From Narcine bancroftii (lineage: Eukaryota): DNA of 64,000 bases. The position numbers and the translations under genes are program-made. Where the stretch lies: assembly GCF_036971445.1 (NCBI RefSeq), contig NC_091469.1, positions 349,990,001 through 350,054,000 of the forward strand. The letters run 5' to 3'. The notes below the pieces were generated by a model, which did no database searches, was not told where the DNA came from, and was given only the letters and a program-made list of their open reading frames with translations. Below are positions 25,851 through 38,340 of the stretch, piece after piece (within the stretch, counting starts at the first letter, position 1; every line of letters starts with the position of its first letter).

Positions 25851-26122
25851 TCTCTTCTTCTTTCTTCTCTTTGGCTTGGCTTCGCAGGCGAAGATTTATG
25901 GAGGGATAAATGTCCACGTCAGCTGCAGGCTCGTTTGTGGCTGACAAGTCCGATGTGGGACAGGCAGACACGATTGCAGCGGTTGCAGGGGAAAATTGGT
26001 TGGTTGGGGTAGGGTGTTGGGTTTTTCCTCCTTTGCCTTTTGTCAGTGAGGTGGGCTCTGCGGTCTTCTTCAAAGGAGGTTGCTGCCCGCCGAACTGTGA
26101 GGCGCCAAGATGCACGGTTTGA
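25851..26122 (-). mobile_element. RTE-clade LINE 3' end (AviRTE-like)
   Basis: Near-identical to 55738-56076; C-terminal CNRC..H..C finger; 3' end AAATCTTCG..GCGAAGCCAAGCC followed by a GAA-rich tail. Confidence 0.85.
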
Positions 26123-26696
26123 ATACGGTTGTGTGAAACAGCAATGGCATAGCCCAGGATGAAGAACTGGTTGATGACACTTCTTGTTGAGACGACTCTC
26201 TTAAAGTGTCTCCTTACCTCTGCATTTTAAGAGTCATCCCAGTCAGAGGTTTTATATATAAACTTGGGGAGGGGTGTTTAATTGTCTATGTTATTGTTCA
26301 TCTTTTGAGCAGCTCGATGGAGGAGGAGGAACCTGAAGATTAAGTGATAGTTAAATGTTTTCAAAGGATGTGACTGAAAATAAAGTAAAATGCTTTAAAG
26401 TTTTATACATTCATGCAACTGGTTTGTTTAATGAAAGTATAGTATTTTTGTCTTTTAAACTGTTTATTCTTAATGCAGGTGTTTTAGATAGGCCGTATAT
26501 TACAAGCACTAGAAAATACACTTATCCGGCATCTGCCAATCCCCATAGGTGCCAGATACCAGGGGTTTTATTGTATTTGCGTTTATTTAATACCTTTTAC
26601 CATATGAAGAGCATTCCAAAATATTTATAGTTTTTATTTTCAATGTGGTCATTGTTCAAAACAAAGCAGATAATTTTGTTCAACTACCTGCCTCAA

Positions 26697-26935
26697 ATTT
26701 AGACATTTAGTCCTACATACAGCATGATAACAGACCATTTCAGGTCACAAGTGTGTGCCACTCAATTACATCCAATTAATCTACACTCCCGGTATGTTTA
26801 GAATGGTGGAAAGAAACTGAAGCCCCTGGGGAAAACCCATGCAGACATGGGGAGAACATACAAAGTCCTTACAAACCCTGGTCCCGATCTCTGGCGTTGG
26901 AAAGGCATTGAGATAACCGCTATGCCAACCGAGCT
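26697..26935 (-). mobile_element. HE1-like V-SINE
   Basis: ggggaaaacccatgcagacatggggagaacatacaaagtcc V-domain. Confidence 0.75.
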
Positions 26936-27178
26936 ACCAAATGGGAATGAATTGCATTGAATTCCTGCTCCGAACTGTTGCTTTGGGAATCCTTCGTGTT
27001 CTACTGCTCCATTTGTGTGAAGCATTGTAAAAAAAAGTCTATGACATACCCAGTGATGGAGAATGACATCTGTCAGTCTGTCCTGTCACTGCACTCCAGG
27101 TGGAATCCAACGGTGGGACTTGGTTGTGCTGAGGTTCAATAGCATAATGGCATGGAATCCACCTTTCTGACCCTACAG

Positions 27179-27229
27179 GAGTCAGACCTACCACAGCAGC
27201 AGTGATCCCAGTCTTTCGACAAATTTAAG
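27179..27229 (+). other. Candidate 51-nt frame-preserving exon (unverified)
   Basis: cctttctgaccctacAG acceptor; AAG|GTGAGT donor; open phase-2/2 frame SQTYHSSSDPSLSTNL. Confidence 0.25.
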
Positions 27230-27629
27230 GTGAGTTGTATTATTACTTCCTTTAATTATTTCTTGGTGTCTTAATGTCTAAAATCATATTTATCAAAACA
27301 TTTCAATAATTTGAAATATTTAAAGCCCTTGTTATAACTTTTAAATCTTTCTGTGGACAGAGGCATTTAAGGGCTGTCACAGAGACTCTCACACTTTGAT
27401 CGGAGGTGAGGCACAGCTTCCCACCAAAGATCTCGAGTATGAAGCTCCATTTGAATGTTGCAAAATACCATCTTGTGTAAATCTTTTTGTGTGTGTGTGC
27501 ATTCGTGTGTGATCGTTCAGCACTAGCATTTGGCCAGAGGGGATGGGTAGGGATTCCATGTGGTGAAACCACATCAATTCTCCTTATGCCAGCACAATAA
27601 TTATTTTTGGTAAAGGTAATTTTGGGCTA

Positions 27630-27880
27630 AGTATTAGAGAGGCACACTGAAGAAGTTACCTGCACTTTTTTTCAAAACATTGCTCTGGGTGTTTTTAGGA
27701 ACTTTTGAAAGCAGATGAATGTTGCCTTTAAAATTTCATCCAAAATGTCATCATTCACTTTCTGTCAAATGCAGTACATCCTTAAAATGACATCAAAAAG
27801 TAGATATGAACATTGTGCTCTTCTTTCTGTGGAGAGGTCTAAAGCCAGGACTGTCTAACTCAGTGCTGAGGTTAGGCTAA
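27630..27880 (-). mobile_element. Highly decayed DeuSINE
   Basis: cacttttttcaaaacattgctctggg...aaaatttcatccaaaatg reads as a reverse Deu-domain. Confidence 0.45.
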
Positions 27881-28894
27881 CTATGACATACAATAGAAAG
27901 CAAAGGAGGTGAGATGTGACTTGCAAAAGCCTAAGTCTTGAAACTGAAGAAAACTGAATTAGTAAGTAATTTTAATCCTAATTATTAAACCAATAAATGC
28001 TCCAGATGGATCTACCACTCTGGTATGATCTTCATTTCATGTTTCAAGCTTTCTGATGTCTGGTTAAGACATTAAGGACCTAATTGGCATGAAAGCATGG
28101 AATAATTCCGTGCCATTTGGACCTAAAGTGCTATCCATTTCATTCCATTTCAATATCAATTTGCAATGATCAGTTTTTAACATCCTTCACTGGGATTTAT
28201 TGAGAGGGCATTCACAGAATTTGTAGGTTTTCTCCAAAGCCTATTGGATGTGTAGACCAATCATAATAATGATGTACACGTTTGTATATTGCAGCTAATT
28301 GGTTTCCTTCTACCTCATTAGCAAATTTTTACAAAATTATGTAATTAAGCCTCTGTGGAAGAAGTAAGGCTTTGAGCTGTCACTTTTGGTAAAATAACCC
28401 CTATTGTCCAGTGCACTTGTTATTATATTCCATTCCATGAGGAACAGGACTAATTACACAGTGAGTTTAGCTGCTGCAATTTTCTGGTGTTTTAAACTTT
28501 CATCATACTGCTTAAAAATGACTTGCACAAATCAAGGGTTTGATTAGAATTTCATCCAGCTGACGGAGGGTGTGAAAAATTCCCTCTGCCCCAGTTAATA
28601 GGGTCCACCACTACAATTGGCATTTTCAATTTAATTTAATGAGGGAAAAGGTTAATAATATATGACTTTGTATTTTATACAGACAAACGTGAGAAGGAAT
28701 TAAGGCATGTGCGACAGACTTGAATCTGACAGATCAAACATTGGCTTGACTTTTTTGACTTCACATATTATTTAAGTCTTGAAATTTTGTGATGGAATTT
28801 TTCATTTTCTGCTTTCTCTTCCTTCTTTCCGATTTTCTCCTCAAGTACTGACCCCTTCTATGCAAAGGCCCTGTGCACAAATTCCATATAGGCA

Positions 28895-29080
28895 ATCTGA
28901 AGAGGACCTCTGCACTGTCAGAAGTACCTTCATTGAGATGAGATTTTAAACAAGGCCCCATCTACCCTCAATTGTGCAGATGTAACATTTGCTGCATTAT
29001 TTTAGAGTAAAGCTATCTATCATAACCAACACCCCCGCAGAACATCTTTAAAATTCACTGCTTGCCATCACAGTGACCTA
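28895..29080 (+). mobile_element. Decayed DeuSINE
   Basis: gcactgtcagaagtacc..gagatgagattttaaacaaggccccatctaccctc. Confidence 0.55.
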
Positions 29081-29253
29081 TGCAGACGTGTTAGATTCAT
29101 TACCAATTATAGATGCATAGGGCACAAAATAAGCCCTTCAAACAACCATCTATGCCAACCATGAAACCTATATTAACCCTATTTCATTCTCCCCACATTT
29201 CTATAAACTTCTCCCAAATTTACAGTACCCAATTAACTTCTAAACCCACACAT

Positions 29254-30866
29254 CATAGAAAACAGGCCATTCAGCCCTTCTTGTCTGTGCTGAAACATTA
29301 TTCCACTCGTCCCATTGATTCAAGATTCAATTTATTATCATAGTAATAAAACAGTATCCTATTACATGAAATTCCTTTTTGCCTGCTGCAAGACAGATTC
29401 ACCACTGGCAGAAATTGCCCAAGAGCCTCTTGCATTTCATACAGTCAGACCTACAGTCAAAGAGAGAGAAGCAAAAGAGTGCTCCTCCCCCCCCCCCCCC
29501 CACCGAGTCACCAAATGTCCATAGATTTTCTTCCAGCGCTTCCACAGCTTCTGCAGCCACACAGAGTCTAGTCCAAACAATTGGCAATCTGAGCTCCAGA
29601 TCCAAACCTCTGACGTGGTCAGGGACTCTTTGCTGCACTCAGCATCCTGGTTCCGATTCCTGGTACTCTTCCGGCCAGTTCAAGCCTGGCACGAGTCTCC
29701 TGACAGCAGTCTCCAGCAGCCCACAGTTTCTTTGGGTTCCTCATCTTGAGTTACCAGCAGCCCATTGCAGAGCCTCCTCACTGGTCCACCTCTGTGGTCA
29801 CAGTCCAGTGGGTCATCTCATCCGCTTCTCCTTTTTAGATGGTGGTTGATTATCCCATCCTCTGGTGTCCTGCTTCAGTCCTCCACTTCCCTGGAGTCTG
29901 CAGCCCCTCATAGCCTGCTGCTGATCATAGCTGTCGCTACCTTGGGCACAGACCCCGAGTTCATGGGATCTCAAATAAAACTACCATTCACTCCCTCAGT
30001 GGGCATTCCAATCCCATGTGGAACCGAAAGCAGTGGACTGATGGCTGGACCCTGTAGGAGTGCTTCATCTCCTTCCCCTCACTCACTGCGGGTCTGTACC
30101 AGAGGCAGCGCTGCCACTACAGCACCCAGTCCATAACCCTCCAGATCTCTCCCATCCATGTATCGATCCAAATTATTCTTAAAACTTAAGAGCGAGCCTG
30201 CATTTACCACATAAGATGGCAGCTCATTCCATATGCCCACCACTCTCTGAGTGAAGAAATTTCCCCTAATGTTCCACCTAATCCTTTCCCCTTTTACCCT
30301 AAAGCCATGTCTTCTCATATTTATTTCTCCTAATCTAAGTGGAAAGAGCCTACTTGTATTTACTCTGTCTATACCATTCATAATTTTGTAAACCTTTATC
30401 AAATCTCCCTTCATTATTCTAAGCTTTGAGGAATAAAGTCCAAACCTATAACTCAACTCGGCAACATCCGAGTAAATCTTCTCTGCACTCTTTCAATTTT
30501 ACTGCATACAATATTCCAAATTTGGCCTCACCAGTGTCTTATGCAACCTCACTATAAAATCCCAACTCCTATTATGAAGGCCAAAAGCTTTTTTTACAAC
30601 CCTGTCTACCTGTAACACCACTTGCAGGGAATTATATATCTGTATTCTCATATCCCTTTGTTCCTCCACACTCTTTAGTGCCCCACCATTTACTGTTTAT
30701 ATCCAACCTTAGTTTGTCCTTCCAAAATGCAATGCCTTACACTTGTCCGTATTAAATTCAATCTGCCATTCTCTGGCCCCTTCTTCCAGTTGCAAGGATC
30801 CCTCTGCAAGCTTTGAAGCTTTCCTCACTGTCCACTACACCTCCAATCTTAGTGTCATCAGCAAAC
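29254..30866 (-). mobile_element. CR1 3' portion, interrupted at 29317-30120
   Basis: FADDTKIGGVVDSEES; GLYS..MKGDLIKVYKIM..GNFFTQRVV; 3' UTR resumes at 29254-29316. Confidence 0.9.
29317..30120 (-). mobile_element. Non-coding retroelement with a Rex1/L2-type tail
   Basis: Tail GATAATAAATTGAATCTTGAATC on minus; GC-rich body with no recognisable RT; splits a CR1 3' UTR. Confidence 0.55.
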
Positions 30867-33062
30867 TCTCTCTTTCTCTCTCTCTCTCTCAAAGAGGACA
30901 CTGGAAAACTGGAAGGAAACGGATGTGGAAAATGTGAAAACTGCTCACAAGCAGCACCAAAGCTCAAGATCAAAGCTGTGTCACTGGAGTTGTAATGCAG
31001 CTGCTCAACCTGCTGCATTACTTTGCCACTCAATCCTTTTGCCTCTTTATTTCCTGCCACTCAAGGACCCAAATCATCTTTCTTAATGAAGCAAAGATTT
31101 ATTTAGACTTCTTGTAATTTGGTGTATTTTTTCATTATGAATGGAACTGTAAAAGATTCTATTTTTAAGTCATCCAGAAATGACAATTATTAAGGAAAAG
31201 AACCACTGATCTCTCTTTATTAATTTAGGATTCCTTCGCTTGCAGATAAGCAATTGACAGAAACAAACCACAGTTCACGTTTACTCAGAGAAGACTCGTT
31301 AGCCTTTTCAGACAGCTAAATTAGCATTTATATTAGCAGAAAGAAGTCTACTTCCAATTGCATACCAATAAGCTGTTTGTGAGGACTTGTTTCCATTCAA
31401 GTAAATAGCTCACTGATAAGCGATCTATCAGAACTTGTACCATTCATATAAATGGCTGTAGAAAAGCTTCATTTGCTTTGTGTGTTAAAGATTTGATTAA
31501 CTCTTCAGACTAATGATTAGCATTTGATAATTAAATCTAAACCAAATTTATACAGAACATGGATGTTTGATATCTATTGGAGACAGACTCTCGAGACATT
31601 ACCTCAAATGTTTAAAGACCTGAATCTTAAACGGGATTAACTGTTAATGTGGGTAACTGCTTGACTTCAGTAATTTACATTTCTTAAGAGCCACAATGAC
31701 AAACGCAAATAAGGAACTGGAACAACTTATCTTAAACAATTTCAAAGAACTTGTTTATCCATTTGTGAGAAATATGCTGCCAAAATATCCATAAATACAG
31801 TACCAAATCACTGTGATATTTGTGTGAGGGTCAATATTGACAAAGGGGGGACACTGTCTACCTGACTTGATATTCCTCACTCCTGCTAGTATAATTTACT
31901 AAACCCGTTTGTACGCGCCATGGTTATGCCATGTATTTTCTGTCTTGACAATGCGGGCACGACTTTCACTTTGCATTGGAGAAATGAAGAAACAGATTAA
32001 ATGATTGCTTTGCTATCTATCTAAGTATTCTGACTGCTGTGGTGATCCTGAGCTTCCTGTTCCTGTCACTTTAATTCTTCACTCTGATCTACCAATGTGT
32101 GGCCTCTAATTTTGTTGTTACAAAACATGGCATAATATTGAGGGAAAATATTTGGATACACTGCAGAATTTCAGACTCAACACTGATAACTCACTTACGC
32201 TGTTCATGTTAGAAATAGCCAGATATCCTTCTGTAGTACTGCCTCACTTTTTCTTCTCCATTTTTACAGCCTGGCTTGCTGGACTTTTCCTATTGTTTTG
32301 CATTTTTCAGTTTTTATTTTCCTTTGTTTTTCTCTCACTCTAATGATCATGTTTAGCTATTAACCGGAGAGCATCATGGGTGGCTAAAGCCCAGACCTCA
32401 CTCAATCAGTGATATTCCCTTTGTCCCGTCCATCATTATCTTAGCCTTCCTGCAACTCAAGCTAAGCTTGTTTTCTTTCCTTCCCTGATTATCTGAAATG
32501 GATGATTGACCCACTGAGTGTTTCCATCATTTTCCATTTTTTTTTCCCACTAAATCTATAAGCTGTTTGTGAGAGTTTGCTGTGTGCAGGTTGCCTGCTG
32601 CCTCACCTCCATTTTAACAATGAGGAACGTTTCAGCAATTTTTCTTTGGATGTAATATGGAAGATCATGAGTTCATTGAAGGTAAATTATTTTATTTTGA
32701 TATTGAAATGGTGTTAAATCGAATAACAGATCAATTTCCTTGTGTGTCATTATTAATTTTGCAGCCTCATTCCCAAGATCAAGCAACCTTGGCAACCTCC
32801 TTCCTTCTTACATACCAATAGAAGCATTAGATAATTGTTTCAATATTACATGCCAGTTTAAACATATAATTAACCTATCCCTTTTTAATCCCTCTGCTGC
32901 TGGATCCTGAAAACCTTGGAGACTCCCATTCTCCATGATCTCTGCCACATTTATGCTCTGGTTTTCCACATGCTACCTTGAGCTCCATTGTTGACCACAA
33001 ATGGTTCATCTTTCTCACCAAGCCCATTTTAAGATAAATTTCTGTTGAACATTATATATTAA

Positions 33063-33679
33063 CACGGGACAAAGAAGATTTTGCTTCCGGGAAGCTTTTA
33101 AGTGTAATTTATGGATTTTAGGCTGCTGATCATGAAAATCAATTGAAAAAATTCCTATCATGTACTGTTTTTCAGATGTATATAAAGCCTATTTTTCCGA
33201 TGTTCTGCTACATTTTCAGCTGACTTCAAGCATACAAAACTGTGAAGTGCAACCTGTAATTGAAAATTAATTTCCTGCATTTGCACTTGCACATTTCCCT
33301 GCTGATCTTTGTGCAGTCAGTGATGAACATGGTAAATAGGACTTTTTACCAGGACTTTGAGACCATGGAAAAGCGGTATCGGGGCAACTGAAATCCGTCA
33401 ATGCTGGCCGACTATTGTTGGACACTGACACAGAGGCTTCATATGCCGAGTACAAATGAAAATCAGCAGTAAAACATCTTTAGTTCAGATGAACTAATGA
33501 AATGTGTAACCATGATTTTCAATTAAACATGCTAAATTCAGTAAGAGTTTATTCAAGGTTTCTCCAATTTCCAACATGATACAGCAAACCTGCAGTTATC
33601 TTTGTGTTTATTTTGAAGTTGTCTATCATAATCTTCAATTTTTTTAATGGAAGTAAACCTTTTCAAAAAATGTCTAATG
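33063..33679 (+). mobile_element. Chapaev3-like DNA transposon deletion derivative
   Basis: CAC terminus, TAA on both flanks, decayed transposase C-terminus KINFLHLHL..FPADLCAVSDEHG..QDFETMEKRY..SMLADYCW. Confidence 0.7.
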
Positions 33680-33759
33680 TAAATGCATAAAGATCAGCCA
33701 CTGCACCACTGACCTATTTTTTTTTTCTAATCCACTCTAACAACTCTTATTTGAATTGA

Positions 33760-34140
33760 GAGCACTGTTTTTGGACCCGAGGTATTCATGCTTAACTATA
33801 ACTTTAATTCTACCATGCTATGATAACTGCTCTCTGGAGAATGCCTAATGAATGATCGTCTATTAAACCTAGCATATTACACATGACCAAATCTAATATA
33901 GCTGAATCCAATAGTTTTTCTCTAAAGTATTGCTCTAAGGCACAATCCCTAATGCATGCCACACATTTCTTTTCCATGGTATGCTTGCCAGTCTGATTAG
34001 TCCAATCAATATGCAGATGAACCTCGTTTGTGATAATTGCAGTTCTCTTCCTCCACCTCTTCAATATTTCCCTACTTCTGCTTTGTTCTATTTTGAGGCA
34101 ATACTTCAGAGGCCCACTTAGAATTCCCATCTGCATGTTC
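33760..34140 (-). mobile_element. Decayed CR1 endonuclease fragment
   Basis: HLHIDWTNQ...CIRDCALEQY...AILDLVMCN. Confidence 0.75.
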
Positions 34141-34436
34141 CCTGATTATCACCCAAAGTAATTACACAAAATGATCCACTCCACTACTTGGGACAACATT
34201 GATAATTTCCTTAATGAACAACTCTTCCCCTTCTTGCAGCCCACCACACCCAACTTCCATTTATTCCTCATTGTGCCATTAATTCTTCTATCTTATTACA
34301 AAATGCTGCATGTATACAACTAAAGAGCCTTAAGCTTTGACTTTGTAAAACTTTTTCTTACTCCAGTTCCAATTACAGCTGAAAACTTTTGCTTATGTTT
34401 TTCTCTCATTCATGTCACAATTTATGTTCATGCAAC

Positions 34437-34586
34437 CATAGGAACATAGGAACATAGGAAGTAGAAACAGGAGTAGGCCAAAAATGGCCCATCAAGCCTG
34501 CTCTGCCATTCAATACGATCATGGCTGATCTAATATATGACCTAACTCCACCTACCTGCCTTCTCCCCATATCCCCTAATTCCTCC
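34437..34586 (-). mobile_element. CR1 3' end, same subfamily as 23279-24050
   Basis: (catagga a)n tail and a near-identical 3' UTR in reverse orientation. Confidence 0.9.
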
Positions 34587-34855
34587 ATCAATAGCCCTCC
34601 ACCATTACTTTTTAAATTTCAGTAAGATTAATTATACTTCCAATCTTTTGAACACTCCCCCATCTTTTTTTTTTAAAGTAGTCCTCTAACCTTAATTATG
34701 TAAATCACCATGATACTTGTGGTTCAAATTAAGAGGTTCCCAACAGACTAATTCTCTCTTTCCAAGTATTGATTCCCATTTCTTATAGATCAGTGCCTAT
34801 TTCTCCTCTGCAGGTCCTCATTTTAACTGGATCAGTGTTGGAGTTTTGTTTACAT

Positions 34856-35813
34856 CAATCATTCCCAAAAAAGGTAGTGTTGCCCCCCAGGAGGGTGATT
34901 GTCCAGGACAGTGACCACCCAGGATGGTGATGGCCAGAGATGGTGACTGGCCGGAAAGGAGCCACTTGGGATTCAGGATGGTGACCACTTGGAATGGTGA
35001 CTGACTGCCCGGGACAGTGACTACCTTGGATGGGACTACTCAAGATGGAACCATTTGGGACTGCAACCACTCAGGATGGCAACTGACCACCCGGGAGTGA
35101 CCGACCACTTGGGACAGTGACTGCCTGGGAGAGGACTGCTGGGATGGTGACTGCCTGAGACGGGAATGCTGGGACGGTAACTGCCCTGGACAGGACCGCT
35201 GTAACAGTGACCAACTCCTCGGGATGGGAACTGACTGCTCAGGACATGGACCGACTACTTTATATCAAAACCTGTGCTGTTCAAAATTGTGTTATGCAGG
35301 TATAACTGTAACTTCTAAAGTTAAGTAGTTCTTAAGTATTTGATTTTTTTAGTTTCTCGTTTGTACTTGTATTATCTTGTCATGCACTTTTCCTCATAAT
35401 TGCATTGCTATTATATTTTCTTATGTTTTTTTCTGCTGCATTTTGTTGTAATTGCCATGATTTTTACAAAGAACATTTTTTGTTGTAGAATAAAATATGG
35501 CTGCAGCGCAGCAAATGAAAAAGAAGTGTAGTGTGGAAATTGAAGACAATGTAGTTGCAGGTGAGATTTAAATTTACTCTGTTATATTGCTAAATAAATT
35601 GGATTACTACATTTTATTTGCGAAATACATATGCTTGTTTATAGTGTTAGATTAGTTGCTGTTTTAAATTTGCAGTAGATCTAATACCTAGAAAGAGGTA
35701 TGTGTTCATTGTACAGTATATGTATATTTGGGGGTTGGTGGGAGGGGTGGCTCTAGGGATGTGGCCTGGGAGCTAAGGGGGGGCGGCAGCTAGAAAAGTT
35801 TTGGGGACTATTG
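34856..35813 (+). mobile_element. Non-autonomous hAT-Charlie-like element
   Basis: TIRs CAATCATTCCCAAA / TTTGGGGACTATTG; 8-bp TSD GTTTACAT/GTTAACAT (34848-34855, 35814-35821). Confidence 0.65.
34890..35260. repeat. Degenerate 14-20 bp tandem array (GGGAYGGTGACYRCY-like)
   Basis: About 20 variable units, GC-rich against the AT background. Confidence 0.8.
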
Positions 35814-36639
35814 GTTAACATTATGTCTCAGTACACAAACAATAAACCTTGCAAACATTTCCACTGCATGAGATAGGCAAGGCATAGGCATCGTATTGTG
35901 CATCTGCATCAGGCTTATCATGAAAGCATTCTAAGACCTCTGGTACAGTACAGATATGTGGGAACCATTACCTGAAACTCCCTGCACCAATTTCTCTGTC
36001 TTTTGTCAGACAACATCTTACTGGTGCTGAGTGTATTCCCTTTAGCAAGCATTCTGCCACCTCATCTCTTAAAGTCCCAGTCTCTAAGGTGACAATGTGG
36101 AGAGTCCTGTTGGATGGTGCAGTGTTCTTCATCACCACCCACTCCATTATAATCATCATTATTACCTCTCATCAACTCCATTTCATCGTGCTCAAAGTGA
36201 GGATGTTCTGGGGAAGGGAAAGCAAGAGGCCTCACCTGAGAGCCTACAAAGGAATTTAAAAAACCATAAGAATTTACATTTATTTACTGTTATTTCAGAC
36301 AGTTCAGAGGAAACATTTGTCCTTTGACTAACAGTTGAAAATTTTGGATGTGTATTCTCTGGAGAATAGAATATTGAAGTGTGAGATTATTGAAACTAAG
36401 AGGCATGACAGATGAGCTGTTGTTTTATATACATGTATACAGTATAAGTACAATGTACAAATGCACCAAATGCCCTAAACAAAGGTTGAGTAACTTTATC
36501 TTTGCTATATAATGTACACAGTTTGACCTGCTTAGTTTATCCAGCATTGTGTTTTTACAGCAAAATTCTTACTTGCTTCAGCCAAATGTAGATGTTTCAA
36601 TGTTTCAATTGGAGGAAAAGTCTCATTAAAAATGATATG

Positions 36640-36875
36640 CTCAGCAATATCTTTTTACGGAGGGTTGTGAACCTTTGAAATTGTCTTCCCCTGGAGGGTT
36701 GTGGTATCTCAGATACTGAAACACTTCAACTTTTGAAAAATACATTTTTGAAATATCATGGGTTGTGCAGAAATGGCACAAAAATAGGATGAGGCCTGGG
36801 ACAGATCATATTGAATGGACAGGCCTGAGGAATCAAGTAGTCCACTTCTGCTCCTATTCTTGTTGTCCTGTGAGT
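36640..36875 (+). mobile_element. Decayed CR1 3' end
   Basis: ttttacggagggttgtgaacctttgaaatt...gatcatattgaatgg. Confidence 0.6.
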
Positions 36876-36951
36876 CCTTATCGTGATGCAGCAGGAAAGA
36901 TAGTAATGGGGATGTTTGCTATAGGTCAAATCAGAAATAGTTAGGACAATT

Positions 36952-37350
36952 GTCAAGTCAAGTTTATTGTCATCTGATTGCACAGGATCAACCCAACTTA
37001 ACAGTGTTCTCCGGTCCTTGGTGTACAACATGCAGACACACAACCAGACATAACATATATTCAGACAAATAATACATATGCAGAACGTACCGGTATCCAT
37101 AGGTACAAATAAATAAATTAAAATTATTTTGTAAAATGTGAGAGCCTTGGATGGTTAGTGTGAGCCATCACACTAGTGTTGGTCGTTCAGCATTCTCACT
37201 GACTTTACCTCAGCTTGGTGGTGTTGGGGATGGAAGAAACTCCTATATCTCTTTCCCATTGGGAGCAGCTGACAGATGCTTTGTGCACGGTTGGAGGGAT
37301 CCTCAATGATTTTGCACACCATCTTCAGACAACGATCCCTATGGATCACG
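36952..37350 (-). mobile_element. Rex1/Babar 3' fragment
   Basis: Tail GATGACAATAAACTTGACTTGAC; DRCLKMVCKIIEDPS; same family as 18625. Confidence 0.85.
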
Positions 37351-37864
37351 TCAATGAGGGCAAGGGAGGGATGGAAAGAGGGAGGGAGAATTAAACATTC
37401 TTGGAGAGCATATATAGCAAATTTCATATGTCTGTTCTCTCTGTCCTTCATTAGTAGGATTGTCTCTTCTGACATAGTGAGACACTGAACTCATATGAGA
37501 TCATCATTCACTGCAGGTGGCCTAACGTCTATACTCACTGTCTTCGGCTGAATGGAGACACTGAAATGCATAAAGGAGGTTTTACTTTGCATCACTGGAA
37601 GCTTTACTTTTGAGTAGGCTGCAAGGATTGGAAAGTCAATCCTGAGGTGGGACAAATTGGTAATACATGTGGGTGTTTCTGGACAATTTAACCACCTCCC
37701 ACCAGACTCCTAATCTTCTTTCATCACAGGGCACCCAAGACCTCCTTCCTGAATTTTCATCTACTATATCCCTCACTCTGGGAACTGACTGACTTCATTA
37801 TGGCAGTTACTGTGAGTATCTAGATGGTGTGCCTTTAAGGGCTGATACAATGTTCCTTTTGTTC

Positions 37865-38340
37865 AAAATCCAAATCAAAATTCATTGCCATGAACATGTC
37901 ATGAAATTTGTTGTTTTGCGGCAGCGTCACAGTTCAAACATTGCTATAAATTACATTAAAAATTACATTAAAAATAGTGCAAGAAAATTGAAGAAAATGA
38001 GGCTGTGTTTGGTTCATTGACAATTCAGGAATCTGATGGGAGAAAAAAAGAAGCTGTCCTTGTGCCACTGGGTCTTTGCCTTCAGGTTCCTGTACCTTTT
38101 TCCTGATGGTAGCAGTGTGATGGTGGGGGTCCTTGAGGATAGAGACTGCTTTCTTGACAGCACCTCTTGTAGATGTCCTCAATACAGTGAAGACCAGTGC
38201 CTGTGATGTGGCTGGCTGAATTAACAACTCTCTGGAGTTTTTTCCTGTCCTGTGCATTCCCTGTCCATACCAGGCAATGATGCAAGCAGACTGCATCTGT
38301 AGAGATTTTTGAGAGTCTTTGGTGGAGCACAATGCGAGAA
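37865..38340 (-). mobile_element. Rex1/Babar 3' fragment
   Basis: CIIAWYG; AQDRKKLQRVVNSASHITG; SILKDPHH. Confidence 0.8.
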
